A stretch of DNA of 64,000 nucleotides, taken from assembly GCF_009914755.1 (NCBI RefSeq), contig NC_060926.1; one strand, written 5' to 3'. The notes below the pieces were generated by a model. The model saw only the letters and a program-made list of their open reading frames with translations, made no database searches and was not told the DNA's origin. The first letter of the stretch is position 1; each line of letters starts with the position of its first letter. The DNA is from the human T2T-CHM13v2.0 reference genome, Homo sapiens. Positions 1 through 15,539 of this stretch are shown here, in pieces. The translations under genes were made by a program, and so were the position numbers.

Positions 1-634
1 GTCCATTTCAGGTTCATGACTGGGGCACCCGTCCAACATCCAGGTCTAGATCCATGTCTAATGTCAGACCTAAATTCTAGATAAATTCAGGTTCTGAGTT
101 TTTCTTCCCTCTTTTCTCTCATTGTATCTCCTTTACGACATGTGTTACTTCTTCTCGATTGTATCCCCCCTTTTTCTTCTTACCTCCCAATCTAACATAA
201 GCTAATTCCCTAGGATTGTTCCTCCTTCTAGTCCATTAATTCTTTTATTTACCTCCTTTGACACCTCCTAATTCTCTCCAATATTCAGCCCTTATTTTTT
301 CCTTTCTCTTGTCTTGTGATACCTGCTAATTCTCCATTATTTTCTTAAGTTTTATAACATCAAAAAAGCTCTTATCAATGCTTTCTGTCTTTCTATGGCA
401 GCTGCTCAGTGCAGGACTGAAAATCAGACCTGGAACAAGGATCTCATCTGAGTACAATTGCTATATCTAGACAAAGACTTATCCTTTGAGTGAAGAAGAT
501 CACGTTGACAGATATACCCCTATAATGTGAACAAATACAATCTAGTTTCAGGATTTTAATACTTAATGAATCCTACTATGTTGGTACTATATATAATTGG
601 TGACCCCACTTCCCTGGCTACACCCATCCATTAG
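1..634 (-). pseudogene. Possible decayed coding exon (K/E/R-rich) running off the window edge
   Basis: Minus-strand acceptor-like ttttctaat...cctacag at 635-636; one frame reads SIDKSFFDVIKLKKIMEN*QVSQDKRKEKIRAEYWRELGG...; stop density is not clearly below random. Confidence 0.2.
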
Positions 635-879
635 CTGTAGGATTTATGAATATACAGATTAGAAAATCTTAATATGTTAATTCATATAGGATATGAAGGC
701 CTTTACTGGGAGGTAACCAGCTCCTCTATGTTATTATTAATGAAATGATATGGTCAGAATTGGAACTTAGATAATTCATAAACAAAAGTGCTCTATTGAA
801 GGCCTTTGAAAATGTGGCTTAAACTTATAAACTATAAAAGAAAGTATTAATAACATCCTTTACACCTAATAAAACACTT

Positions 880-1900
<1,021 letters not shown>

Positions 1901-2146
1901 TGAGTCAACAGTCCCTGAGCCAGAAGTGTTTCGGAATTCAGAATTCTTTTACTGAAAGATAATATGGTGATAGCATATTACATCACACTTCCAGAAGGGT
2001 TTGGGATAGCACCTATTTACCAACTGCATCAACATTTTGCATCATGTTTGAAAAATCACATTCGGTGGCATTATATATAGAAAAAACATAAGTATACTTA
2101 CTTCAGGTCAGGCCAGTTCAGTTCAGACAGGGTGAGATTGTATCAC

Positions 2147-2820
2147 TGGGGTAGGCAAAATAATGGCCACTCAAATATGCCTATGCCCTAATTCCTGGAA
2201 CCTATGAGTTTTGGAGTTATTATATTAAGTTGCACACATTGAGCTACATTGACAAAAGAAATTTTACAGATGCAATTATCATTATGGACACTGAAATGAG
2301 GAGATTATCATAGATTTTCTGGGTACACCCAATCTAATTAATTGCATAAATCATTAGAAACAGAGAGCTGTCTCTGGCTGGAAGGAGAAGACAGAAGAGG
2401 AAGAGAGATGTGGAAGAAGGAAAGTCAGAGAAGGGCTTTATGCACCATTGCTGGCTAAAGGGTGAAGGGGGCAAAAAGAAATGCAGGTGTCTTTGAGAAG
2501 CTGAGAGAAGCGGACAACTAACAAGGAAACTGAGGTGACATCCCCACCACCAAGGAACAGAGTTCTGCCAACAACCTGAATAAGCTGGAAAGCGGAGTCT
2601 CTCCTACAGCCTCCAGACCTGAATAAGCTTGAAAGCAGAGTCTCTCCTACAGCCTCCAGAAAGGAGACACTGAATTTTTCCTAGCGAGACCTGAAGCAGA
2701 GAACCAATAATCCACAGTGTACCTGGCTATCTAACCCACAGAACTATGATAATAAATGTGTACTGTTTTAAGGGTCTGATTTGCGGTAATTTGCTCAGGA
2801 CGCAATTAAAAACCTCAACA
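2147..2820 (+). mobile_element. MLT1D/E MaLR solo LTR
   Basis: Starts tggggtaggcaaaataatggcc; gggagattatc-like motif; aataaatgtgtactgttttaag near the end. Confidence 0.8.
2574..2659. repeat. 43-bp tandem duplication inside MLT1
   Basis: acctgaataagct(g/t)gaaagc(g/a)gagtctctcctacagcctccag twice, 2 mismatches. Confidence 0.95.
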
Positions 2821-2879
2821 TTTATCAAATCAGCAATAAAAATACTTTGCTTTCAGTGCTTTTACTTTTTTCTATTTTT

Positions 2880-3410
2880 AAAAAACTTTTTGTTAAAATG
2901 TAACATACATACAGAAAAGTCCACAAATGGCAAATGTAAAGTGCTTAATGAATTTTCAATAACTGAATACATTAGTGCATCCAGAGTCCAGACCAGAAAA
3001 TAGTATATTGTCAGCATCCTGGAAGATACCCCCCGTGTTTTCTTCCATGGTGCCTTGACTTCAAATATGTGAACAAATTTGGCCTCTTTCTGTACTCTAC
3101 ATAAATGGAATCAACATATCTACTGTCTTATGTCTGGTTTCTCTCAATCAACTTTGTGTCTGTAAGATACATCCAAATTGTTTTGTATAATTATAGATTG
3201 TTCATCCTAATTGCCCCATGGTATTGCATTATATGGTTATACAGAAATTTATTTATCCTTTCTGCTATTGAGGGACATTTGGGGAATTTTCACTGTTCGG
3301 CTTTATGAATAGTGCTGCTAGGAATATCTAATACATGTTTTGTAGCCAATGTCTTGTACACACTATTCTTGGATATTGTAGATATGTAGAAGTGGAATAC
3401 TGAGCCATTT
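2880..3410 (-). mobile_element. Old L1 (L1MB/MC/ME) 3' end fragment
   Basis: aaatgtaacatacatacagaaaag, ataaatggaatcaacata, aatagtgctgcta motifs. Confidence 0.7.
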
Positions 3411-3724
3411 AAAATTTCGGTATGTTTTCCTGAAATGCAGATAAGGAATTGAGGATCTATACTATGTAGCTATATAAAACAATGTGGAAGGTCCTCAGGT
3501 ATTGGTGGGAAAAATTTCAAAAATATGATTATTAATAAAAAAAAGGTACAAAACGGAGTACATTATACTTTGTGTAAAAGTGAGATAAGAAAATATATTA
3601 TTATTTGCTTTTATATTCACAGAGAAGCCCTTGGAGGATAAACAAGACACTAATAAATGTTGCTACATTCAAATATATAGGTGATGGTAAGATGGGGCCA
3701 GAGTAGAAGAAAACTTTTTCATGC

Positions 3725-3840
3725 ACATACCTAAACACATACACACACACACATACACACACGTATGTTTATATATGTAGATATATAGATTCTATATATA
3801 TTTATGTGTGTGTATGTATATATATATATATACACATAGT
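3725..3840. repeat. (CA)n/(TA)n microsatellite complex
   Basis: Directly visible. Confidence 0.9.
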
Positions 3841-5145
3841 TTTTTGAACTATGGGAATGTACTATCTACTCAAAAGTTAAAATAATAGTCTTAAGGGCCT
3901 GAGCCTCTATAAAGGCAATATTCCCTTTTTAAACATGGTTACATTTGGCCACAGAAATTCACAGAAAATGTCCCAATTTCTAGTCAATTTCCTAGACAGT
4001 AGTTAACAACCTTTAAGAAAAAAAAACTTTAACCCACCCCTCTCATTTTAAAAGATATGACGAGAAAACTGAGACACAGAAGAGTGAGGTATCCACCAGC
4101 TCTTAGCAATGTAGTCCTTCCAGAGCAGCCGCCGCCATCCCTGGGGAATGCTCAAGTTCTCTTTCTAAAATAAAGGTGGCTAGAGGCATAGCTGTTTCAT
4201 AATGAAAAACACACACACACACACAAGTGAGTGAAGCACTTTTGAAAACTATAATTTACTTAAAAATATCCTTATTTTATTTAAGATTCTAAAGGAAAAA
4301 CAAAATTCTGAATCCAGTTTTTTCTGATTCAAAACCATGGCACCTGCACCCAAGCTGAAATTTCATGAAAGGAAAGTTAGCAAACTATCTGTAAGACCCG
4401 GTGTATATTATTCAAATGGGAAACAGTACAAATCTGAGAAATCAAGAGTTGTCTCTCCAGAGGCCAAAATAGTGAACATTTTTATTTTCTCATAATACAG
4501 CTCCTAAGGCAGCCTGGCCTTCTGAGAGCAGCAGCCTTGTGGCTATGCTCAGCTGGCTGATGCTGCTGGACTTCCCACGACACCACCTTTCCTCATCTCT
4601 TTTGGCTCTGTTGAGCTGAAAAGCACAGAGATATAGAGCCACCTACTTTACTCACACATAAAGCCAAAAGACATTATGAGTGTGAAAGTGACTTACCAAT
4701 TTCTGGCCCCAAGTCAAAGCTCAGTAAAAGCTTGTACTTACTCCTCCTTTCCAATCACAGTCATAAATCTGGCTTCTTCTGCACAAGGGGCCATCATAAT
4801 TGATGGCTACGTTTCAAAGACAAAATAGTCAATATACTGGGCAAACCTCCCCATCCATTTCTCGTAAGCCATGCGTGTAATTTACGACCCTTCTAACTTA
4901 TCATCACCCTAGGAATGTATTGATTTTTTTTAAGCACATAGTCGACTTCTGTGATTGCTGGCTCCAAATGGGACTGATATTTAAACAGCAAAATCATTTC
5001 AGTCTTTACATTTGTAAGTGATCAGCAATTCCCATCATTTCACCCCACTTTCTGCAAGTTTCCAGCTGTGAGAGATTCGGTGATTTACAGCCTTCGTATT
5101 GAAGGGAATAAATCAGCATTTCTTTAGTTCGGAAGTTCTGTTGAA

Positions 5146-6109
<964 letters not shown>

Positions 6110-6305
6110 CAACATTTAATAGTTTTTATGTAAGAAGGAAGTATTTCTACATAACATATGACATAAGCCTCACACAAACCTTTGTGTCTGTCCCACCAGC
6201 TTAATCATCAACATCCTTACCTTCATCAGGCTCATTCCATTATCTACACAACCATGTTCTCTTCATGATGAACTATTGTGATTCTATCATTCATGAATAA
6301 ATGTG

Positions 6306-6722
6306 TGTCTTAGTCCATTTTGTGTTGCTATAAAATAATACACAAGACTGGGTAATTTATTTTTAAAAAGTTTGTTTGGCTCATGATTCTGATGCCTGGA
6401 AAGTTCAAGATTGAGCAGTTGCATCTGGTGAGGGCCTCAGGCTCTTCCACTCATGGCAGTAGGTGAAGGAAAGCCAGCATGTGCAGAGATTACATGGCAA
6501 CAAAGGAAGCAAGAGAGAAGGGGAGGTGCCAGGCTCTTTTTAACAACCAGCTGTTGTAGGATCTAAGAGAGTAAGAACTCACTCACCACAAAGGAGGGCA
6601 TTAATCAGTTCACAAAGGATCCACACCCATGACCTAGTCACCTCCTATTAGGCCACACCTCCAGCACTAGGAATCAAATTTCAACATGAGGTTTGGAGGA
6701 GACAAACATCTAGACCTTAGCA
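6306..6722 (-). mobile_element. MSTB-type MaLR solo LTR
   Basis: TG...CA ends; gcatctggtgagggcctcagg; perfect 5-bp TSD ATGTG (6301-6305, 6723-6727). Confidence 0.88.
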
Positions 6723-7066
6723 ATGTGTTTCAAAGTTGTTTGGCAAGAACTGCGTTTTACTTATCTTTTGAAATTTTACAGTAGCTCGTGCAGAGCCTGG
6801 CACATAGAAGGCTTTTAAAAATTACTTGCTGAGAGTCGATAATTTATTTTTTCCTATGAATACCATCTGAACTCCAGGTGGTATTCTAGACAAATACCTT
6901 CTCTCTTTGTTTTCTTGGATGTTTTCTGAGATGTTTTCTCCACCTTTATAACAACTGATGACAAAGAGTTAGATGTGGCCACTGAGTTGTAGCACCCTAA
7001 TAATGGGACTAGGTGACACTGATGCAACCAAGCCCTTATTTGCACCCTTGATTCCACTGACATGTA

Positions 7067-7678
<612 letters not shown>

Positions 7679-10619
7679 TATTTATAATAAAAATTATTAT
7701 GTTAAGCTTCAGTCTCTGACTGTAGCTATGGTCAGAAGGAAAAAAAAATTAGAAGTTAGTCTTCAAAGAGGGACTATGGGTTGATCTGTGAGTCTAGAAA
7801 TGTACTATGGATAAATTCATAACCAGTACTGATATCAATTTCTGCTTACTTTTAGGGCAGAATTTTAAATTGACTTTGAAAATTCATCAAAATCTTCAGA
7901 TTATTTCCAAGACTTCTCCAGTATTTACTGTATGTAGAAATAACAAATTCCTCCTAACTAATCAGAATTACAATTTTAGTAAAACCATTTATATGTTCTT
8001 GCCTCCCAGAATATGGAAAAAAACTGCGTGATACCTGTGGCAGAGTTTATGAGTGCTACAAATTTTACATCTTTACGTTCCACTATTTTAATACAAAAAT
8101 GATATCTTAGCTGGTTATAAAAGTCTGTGAGAACAGACTTTCTTCTTTAGCTTTTTATGTAAATGGGTCTATTACTTTCTTTCATCTAATATTTTATGAA
8201 AAAGAGTGAGGATAACTTAATTTTTTCCTTCTTTTGTAGAACATCTGATCTTTTTACCTGGATTGAGGTATTCCTGTATATTTTTTACTAAGTTATTTAC
8301 TTTTTAAATTATTCTTCATAGAATTTTAAACACTTCTCAAACCTGTCCTCAAAGTCACTGATTTTGTTTTTTCTTTTTTTTTTTTTTTTCCATTTTAGGT
8401 GTATTCCTTAGTGCTTCCTTAGTTTCAAACCTATGATAAATTTTGTCTTTTGTTTTTCTTTTATTTCTTAGTAAAATATGATACATACATAATACAGACT
8501 ACAGAGACTAGAAGATGTAGTTTGTACAACTGAAAAAGAACACAGAACAAAAAGAATATAAAAATAGTCATGCAATAATAAAATAAAACTAAAATAAAAG
8601 ACTAACTGAATACAGAGACTTCTGGGTTCACTATGTTCCAGGGAGAGGATAGAGATACAAAGAGAGAGAGAGAAAGGGAGAGAAGGAGAGAGAGAGAGAG
8701 AAGCTAGATGAAAAACTTCAAGAATAAGAAATGGATATCACTGGCATAACTTTTTTTCCCATTTTAGTCTGTCATCTTCTACTTTCAATACTCTCTTCCT
8801 TTCATTGGTAGCTTCTTGTTTTTTGATAATACAAAAAAAAAAAAACTTTTTACAAAGTCTTTCTTCTATCTCTCGAATTACAACATGTACTCTCCATTTA
8901 ATTTTCACTTATAATATCTAAGTCTTTCTTTTTGTTTGACACATCTTAACAGAGACACCAGGCTAAATTGTCTGTTCTTTTTATTCACCTTTGACTAGAA
9001 GAAGCTATATCTGTATCATTATTTTTGCCCTAGAAAAACATTAGAAGATTCTACTCAACTCCTCTCATTGTTTCCTTGGATACTTTCCATTTTCTATTTA
9101 GTGCCTGTGTTGGCAGGTTATGTATTGGTGGTTTGTAATATCTGATAGATTTTGTATTGCTTGGGCGTGGGAGGTGGCAGCGGAATTGAGAACTGGCAAA
9201 ACGAGCAGCTGTCAGCTGGTAACTCTAATTTGGGTAAGTTCTTTCTTAGCACTTGCCAAATTTGAAATACCATCTGCCTCAGGGCTATGTGTGCTCCCTT
9301 GATTAGAAGTGTGCGGCTACTTTAGAGCTCATCCTTTCACTTGCTTGAGGACAGCAGGTTACTTTGTTGGGAAACCAGTGACCATACAATGCCCTCATCT
9401 CCCAAACGTTTGTTGCACGCTATGGACTTATCTCTATTGACTTTCATCTAAAATTGCAAACTTAGATCTCTGCTCCTTGTTATCCAATATTCTCCACCCT
9501 GCTTATCTTATACCATTTGGGATTTTTTTGTGACTTAAGAAACCCAATGACTTTAGCCATAGAATTTTTGTTTTGTTTGGGGTATTGTTTGTGTAAATAA
9601 AAATACAGAAGCTAAGCTAATTTTATGTAATGATTGATCCACTACCAAGAACCTAGTATATCTCTACATCTGCTCTGCCTGCTTCATTTATAATTGAATA
9701 TTGTTAAAGCTGGGTGATGGACACGTGGCTTATTACATGACTTTATCTGCTTTTGTATATTCTTGAAATTTTCAATGTAAAAAGTAAAACAAAATTACTC
9801 CAGTCGGGGGAAATTTCTGTATTTCTCCCTATCCTTATTGTTTCAAAAAAGGGTCATTTTCAGGGCATTATTCTAACTTTTGTCTTATATTCAGACCTCT
9901 GCACTGGACTTACCATGGGAAGTCTTTTGTGCTTATCTTTGATTTGACCCAAATTTTATGTATCTGACAAAGTTTGTCATATGGACCTGTGGCAGGTTAA
10001 TTAAAGATGAATTTTACTATACTCTTTTAGGGTTTTGTTCCTTCAGCTGGATTGCTTTGGGAGAGGGGAGTTGAAGATATGTATTTTTTTTTCTTGTCAA
10101 GAGAGTCTGTTGGAAAGGGCATTTAATTTATTTGAACAGAGGTGTCAGTATTGCTCTAAAAACCATAAAGCACAGAAGACAAAACCATACTGATATAAAT
10201 AATTCACCTCCTTCTCCCCCCAATCACTGCCAATTATATTTTGTTGCCAGGAAAAAAAGGTCAAAGAAATATTACAAACTTCTCAAATTTGCATAGGCCT
10301 AACTCCTCTATTGTAGTTATTGCAATTCTTTCTTGAGGCTACAGTAGCAGTTAGTACTGGAAAGAATGAAATCTGAAGTCCAAAGAACCATTCTTCCAAG
10401 TTATAAATGAAGTTTTGAGATATTATTCCCTCAATCCCATGGTGTCACCATTATAAAAAGCAATTAATATGATGTACCACTGAATTAATGATATTTCCAT
10501 AAAAGGGTGCATAGTGATTAAAAGACTCTTTCTGATTTTAGAAATGTGAGAGTATGACAAAAATGCATCTGCTAGAATGGCAGAAGTCTGCAAGTCTTCT
10601 GTTTTCATAGGCCCAAGCA

Positions 10620-11725
10620 ACCTGAAATTTCTTAGAATGAAAAGTGCCAGCAGCCATAACAGGTTGCAACTTATCCAAGCTTAGTTTCTGTAGCCCTTCT
10701 TAAGGTGAGAAGTAGGGGAGCAGGTTTTCTGAGTCTTATCGCTTTCTTTCTGAATTGTGGCTTTGTAGGGGTTCCTTGTCATCCTTCATCTCTATTTTAC
10801 CAGGTTACCAAGCTTTCTACAGAAGCTGGCTCTTTCTGGCTACTTCTATCACAGCTTTCCTGTCAACTGGGTTTTTCATCAAGTTCTTGAGTTTTGAATC
10901 TTCTTCATCTTATCTTGGATCAAATGTAGTATCTCCAACTCAATTCTACATCTTTCACCACCATTTTCTCTGTTCTGCCCTTAGAAAAGTGTTCGCTCAT
11001 CCTGCTGAGATTCAAGGAGAGTCACCCCTGGCTAGTGAGTAATCACATTTAGACATGTTTTGTGTTGTCTCTCAGACCCTTGTTTGGCCACATGAGCAGC
11101 TCCACAGAGAAATGGTCGATACTATTGTAGATATTATCATATCCCACTACTCCCTTCTCTTTTGTTTAGCATGATATGCTACTGTGGTTTATATCAATTC
11201 TTGGCTGGCTGTCAGTGATGCCAGTTGTGCTAAAACCATATTTAGCAGACCTAAACACAGTGGTCCATGGGATAGCATTGAATTCAATGGCTGCCTTAGA
11301 GGTTAACACAATGAGATCTGTTTTCAAGGGGAGAGAGGGAAACCTGACACAAAGAAAACTTTTGAGAGAGTCCTGGGGGAACATCATATGCATCTGGTAT
11401 GTCTGAAACATTTGGAGTCTCCTCCTCTGCAAGTGAATACACATAGCCTGTACTGTATGTGTCACTGCTACTTCATTATCACAAATTTTTTTCAGGATAA
11501 GAGAAATTGAGCCTAATAGCTGTCATATCATGTCTTTTAACACTCCACCCTCTTATGCTGAAGGAAGCTACAATCATCCAAGTGGGAAGTAATGTCTACC
11601 GATGTTCTGATTTAAGTGAATGAAGGTCTTCTTTCCACCTCGGGAAATCTTGAGGGTTATGTAACAGCAGCTTTGAAAGGCTTGTGAGATGTACTTTGTG
11701 CTAGTCCATCTCAAATCTTCACCGG
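10620..11725 (-). pseudogene. Candidate decayed large exon (possible cytoplasmic tail)
   Basis: Acceptor ttttttttctgttcttggtacag| at 11726-11727; frames give SDTYSTGYVYSLAEEETPNVSDIPDAYDVPPGLSQKF and KTQELDEKPS*QESCDRSSQKEPASVESL; no repeat recognised. Confidence 0.3.
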
Positions 11726-13557
11726 CTGTACCAAGAACAGAAAAAAAAAGGAATTTGGTGAGTACTTTATAAAGCTAAATTTACTCAATTAATTTCACCT
11801 CTGATTATGTTTTTCATGTATCTTGGGACATTAGAATGTCCTGTATTTATAAATGATGATGAGGATAGAGAGTAAATATTTTGTTTTGCTTTGTCTTGTT
11901 TTTAATAAAATACAGAATTAGCAAACCTATTACAGCCTATCATATCTAGTCCATGAAATTCAATACCTAGATAAGTACTTCTACAATTCATGGGTGCTCC
12001 AAATACTAGAGAATGCTTATAATGACACAATGTCTGACACAGAAGAGTATTTAATAAATGTTAATTATGTCACTGTTGTTCCCACCAAGAAAACTGGTCA
12101 TTTGGGGATGTTAGATTGTGTTCTTTTGAGTTTCTTTTTTCTGATTTGGGAACAGGGGAATGGAGGGTGAAATTGCCAATGACTGTTAGTGAAGGAAAAG
12201 GGAAGATGTGTGGTGTTTACAGAAGTATGTGTATAAATCAACAGGCTATTGTCAGATATATGTTTTTTAAGACAGCACACCAGCAGCTGCATGTGTTTGG
12301 TAAGTTAGGAAACTTAAAAGTGCCTGCCAGTTATGCAGCCACCTTTTGAGCAAAGCTGCTACAGAAGGATTATTATTTCAGATTACCATACTTTATACCA
12401 CAATATTTTACTACTCTGGCAACAGCTGTTTAGACTAAGGCTAGGTGCCTGGGGTTTTCTTGGTGATGAGGTGACCTGGGTTGAGGTATCTGCTTAAAAC
12501 TCACACTTTACACTTGATAGTGTCTAAACATGGCAAAGATATTTTCATCTTTGAAAATCTAAATACCAACATTTTGAGAAGTGGCAAAAGGAAGTAAAAA
12601 GTATAGACATGAATTTATCCATCTACTCATTTTATTCTATAAACAATCATTACTGGAGCCACATCAAAGGATAGAGGAGGTGACAAGGATAAGAAATAAG
12701 AGTGCCTGCTTCATAAGAGATGAGCACTCTACTTTTCATGGTATACCAGAATGTCTGCTGTATCCTGAACTAAAACACTTTCACTTTTATGTGATAGTTT
12801 CTGAGTTCTTTTTTATTAGAAGCAATCAATGCGCTCAACTAACTTAAGCAATAAATACATTATTTTACCATAAAGATAAGAGCTTGTCTCACATCACCAA
12901 TATCAGGAAAATTGTTAGGTACAATGAAAGACCTGTATCCAGGGCCACAGCCATGAGGCTGATTCCTTTCTCCTATCTCTGCACCTCTCCCTGCTTCAAT
13001 CCCTTTTCAGGGAGTTTCTTTTTAAGAGGAAACAGTACGCCAGTTTCTTCTACTTCTCCCGTTGTCATAGCCTAAAATACAGTGGCTCTCAGTCTTCACA
13101 TTACAGTCTGACCATCAGAGAGACAAAACTTCACCACTGTGTGTTCCAAATTCCCAGGGAAGGGTTTTCATTGCGCATGAAAGCAACCATTCTCACTTTG
13201 TGGCTAGAAAAGGAAGCTACTTTATGGGAACAAAGTTCTAGGCTGAAAATTCAGTAAGTGTCCACCACAGTTTTCCTGCATTTCTACCTCTTTTATACAA
13301 TGCAACCTTCTATTTTTTGAAACCTGAAAGACCTTGGAAGAATAAAACATCCCTACCTGTAAGGTCATTTCTCTGAAATAATTTATAGCTGATTATTGAA
13401 AATAATGGTGGAATGGGGGTGTTTATGAATGGTATTATATCAAGAGGACCAAGAAATATCCACATTTGTGTCTGATATATCCATAAATTCCCTAGTAGAA
13501 GGATCAAAGAAAAAAATCTTAACACTGTATTTTCATATGCTTTTTATTCTAAGACAC

Positions 13558-13576
13558 TTCTTTTTCTTTTCTTTTC

Positions 13577-13625
<49 letters not shown>

Positions 13626-13783
13626 GAGACAGAGTCTCACTCTGTCGCGCAGGCTGGAGTGCAGTGGCACAATCTCAGCTCACTGCAGTTTCTGCCTCCC
13701 AGGTTCAAGCGATTCAGTGCAGTGGCGCAATCTCAGCTCAAGTGATTCTCCTGCCTGAGTCTCCCAAGTAGCTGGGACCACAA
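13558..13783 (-). mobile_element. 5'-truncated Alu (right arm) with long T/CTTTT tail and internal rearrangement
   Basis: gagacagagtctcactctgtcgcgcaggctgg; flanks gacactt / gacgctt resemble a TSD. Confidence 0.85.
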
Positions 13784-14597
13784 GGACGCTTATTTTTAAG
13801 TTTCTTAATTTTAAATGTGTAACTAATAATAAAGGAAATTTGACAGAAAAGCTATGACCCAATAATCATTGGTCACACATGGAGAAACTTTAGCATATGA
13901 GAAGTTTTCTATTCAATCCTTTTGAGTCATATGTATTGGTAGCACATTTTAACTTGTTATGCATCTTTAATTGTTACTTAAAATGTGTTCAAAGATTTAC
14001 ACCAGAATCATTGTAGCAAAAAATTCATGATTTCACAGAAGGCTGCCTGTTAATAATCAAAGGCAGTATGAACTGCTAAATATCTTGGATTAAAATAATG
14101 CTCAAGAGTTTCAAGTAGGAAAGACTTTTGTGACTGGTTAGTGGTTCATAAAATTCTGTCATTCAAACATAAGCCCATTTTCTGTCAATACCATTGTTTA
14201 AATATCAGGATATACATGAGTTATTAGGAAGAAACATACAAAATAAATTAAACCAAGTAATAAACACATATGAAAACTTAGTGTTCTTCAACAAGCCTCA
14301 GACTTAAAAGGACTTAGTTAATCAAGATCATAAGCCCAGTTAACAAAAAACAGCAAGAGGATATCATAATTTCTGAGTCCAAAAGAGATTTTAAAGATGC
14401 TTAAATAAAAAGCTGGTAACTAAAGAGAAAAATGTTATGTAATTTTATGGATATATGTATATTATTTTCTATTAAGATTTTTAATATGTTCATTAAAAAG
14501 AGTTTATTTTTTCCCAAAGTACAGCAGTCATATATCTTATGATGCATGACATTCTAGACTAGATAAAATAGAGTAGAAAAGCAAACTTTGTTCCTCA

Positions 14598-14870
14598 CCC
14601 CAGTGATGAAGTTTTTGTTGCTGGGCTGGACCATATAGAAAATCTTTTTCCTAAATTGGTCGTGCTGAGATTCTTGCTCTGCTTCGACCTCCAATCATTA
14701 AACCTTGCTTTGATTCTCATCATTTTCTGGCTTCATGGTAGGAAGAGGCAGAAGTGTCACCTGGGGCACTTCATTTTTGCAAGTATTGCTCCACTAGCAC
14801 AGTTAGCACAGTGACCCCACCTATTGCTGGAACCTAATCAGTTAGAAAAATAGCATCCCTTGGGGATTGC
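14598..14870 (-). pseudogene. Candidate decayed transmembrane exon
   Basis: PRDAIFLTD*VPAIGGVTVLTVLV then, after a 1-nt frameshift, GAILAKMKCPR; donor-like ggg|gtgagg near 14598. Confidence 0.4.
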
Positions 14871-14899
14871 ATGGGAGAGGCAACAAAGGTTGTGAGGCA

Positions 14900-15400
14900 A
14901 ATGTGAGGTACAGACAATAGACAACAGAGAATACCGTATTCTCAGAGAGAAGAAAAATCACTGAAGGGAGGGCAATAGAACTTGAGTTGGATCTTAGAGG
15001 ACAGATTGAATTCACATAGGTGGAAAGGAAGATGGAGGATATTTTAAAGTCAGGGAGTAAGTAGTGGAGGAAAAAGCACAAATATGAGGATAGAGGAAGC
15101 TCCTTTGAAGGGGTTAGACTGGAGAGTTAGTGTTGTGAAAGACGTTTATGCTTGCTCAAAGAGAGAACTTTATTAATTTAAGCTCTGTCAGTCAAAATTA
15201 CCCTCCACTCCATTGAAAGCAATACACAATGTTATTTATTTGATTAAAGTAGTTCAAAAATCACTAGTGCAGAGATGAACTATAAGCTCTATGTGAACAG
15301 GCACTATCTGTATTATTAAATATGGTCAAACCACACCCGGTCAATACAGTGTCTGACACATTGCGTATGTTTAACAAATACTTGTTGAATCAATTTCTGT
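14900..15400. mobile_element. L2 fragments
   Basis: cttgagttggatcttagagg; tacagtgtctgacaca...aaatacttgttgaat L2 3'-end motifs. Confidence 0.55.
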
Positions 15401-15539
15401 GAGTATCTAGGTGTTCTGAGAAACTCAAGCATCAAGATGCTGGTTAGACCCACGTTGGCACACAGGACTCTACTCAATAAAGGAATAAAGTTAAAAATTA
15501 ATTCACTTCCGTTTATAACACAGTGCACACAAAAAGAAT

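Noticed and set aside
4690-4810. Small minus-strand exon with GTAAGT donors
   Set aside because: Splice-like motifs only; too short to assign coding content.
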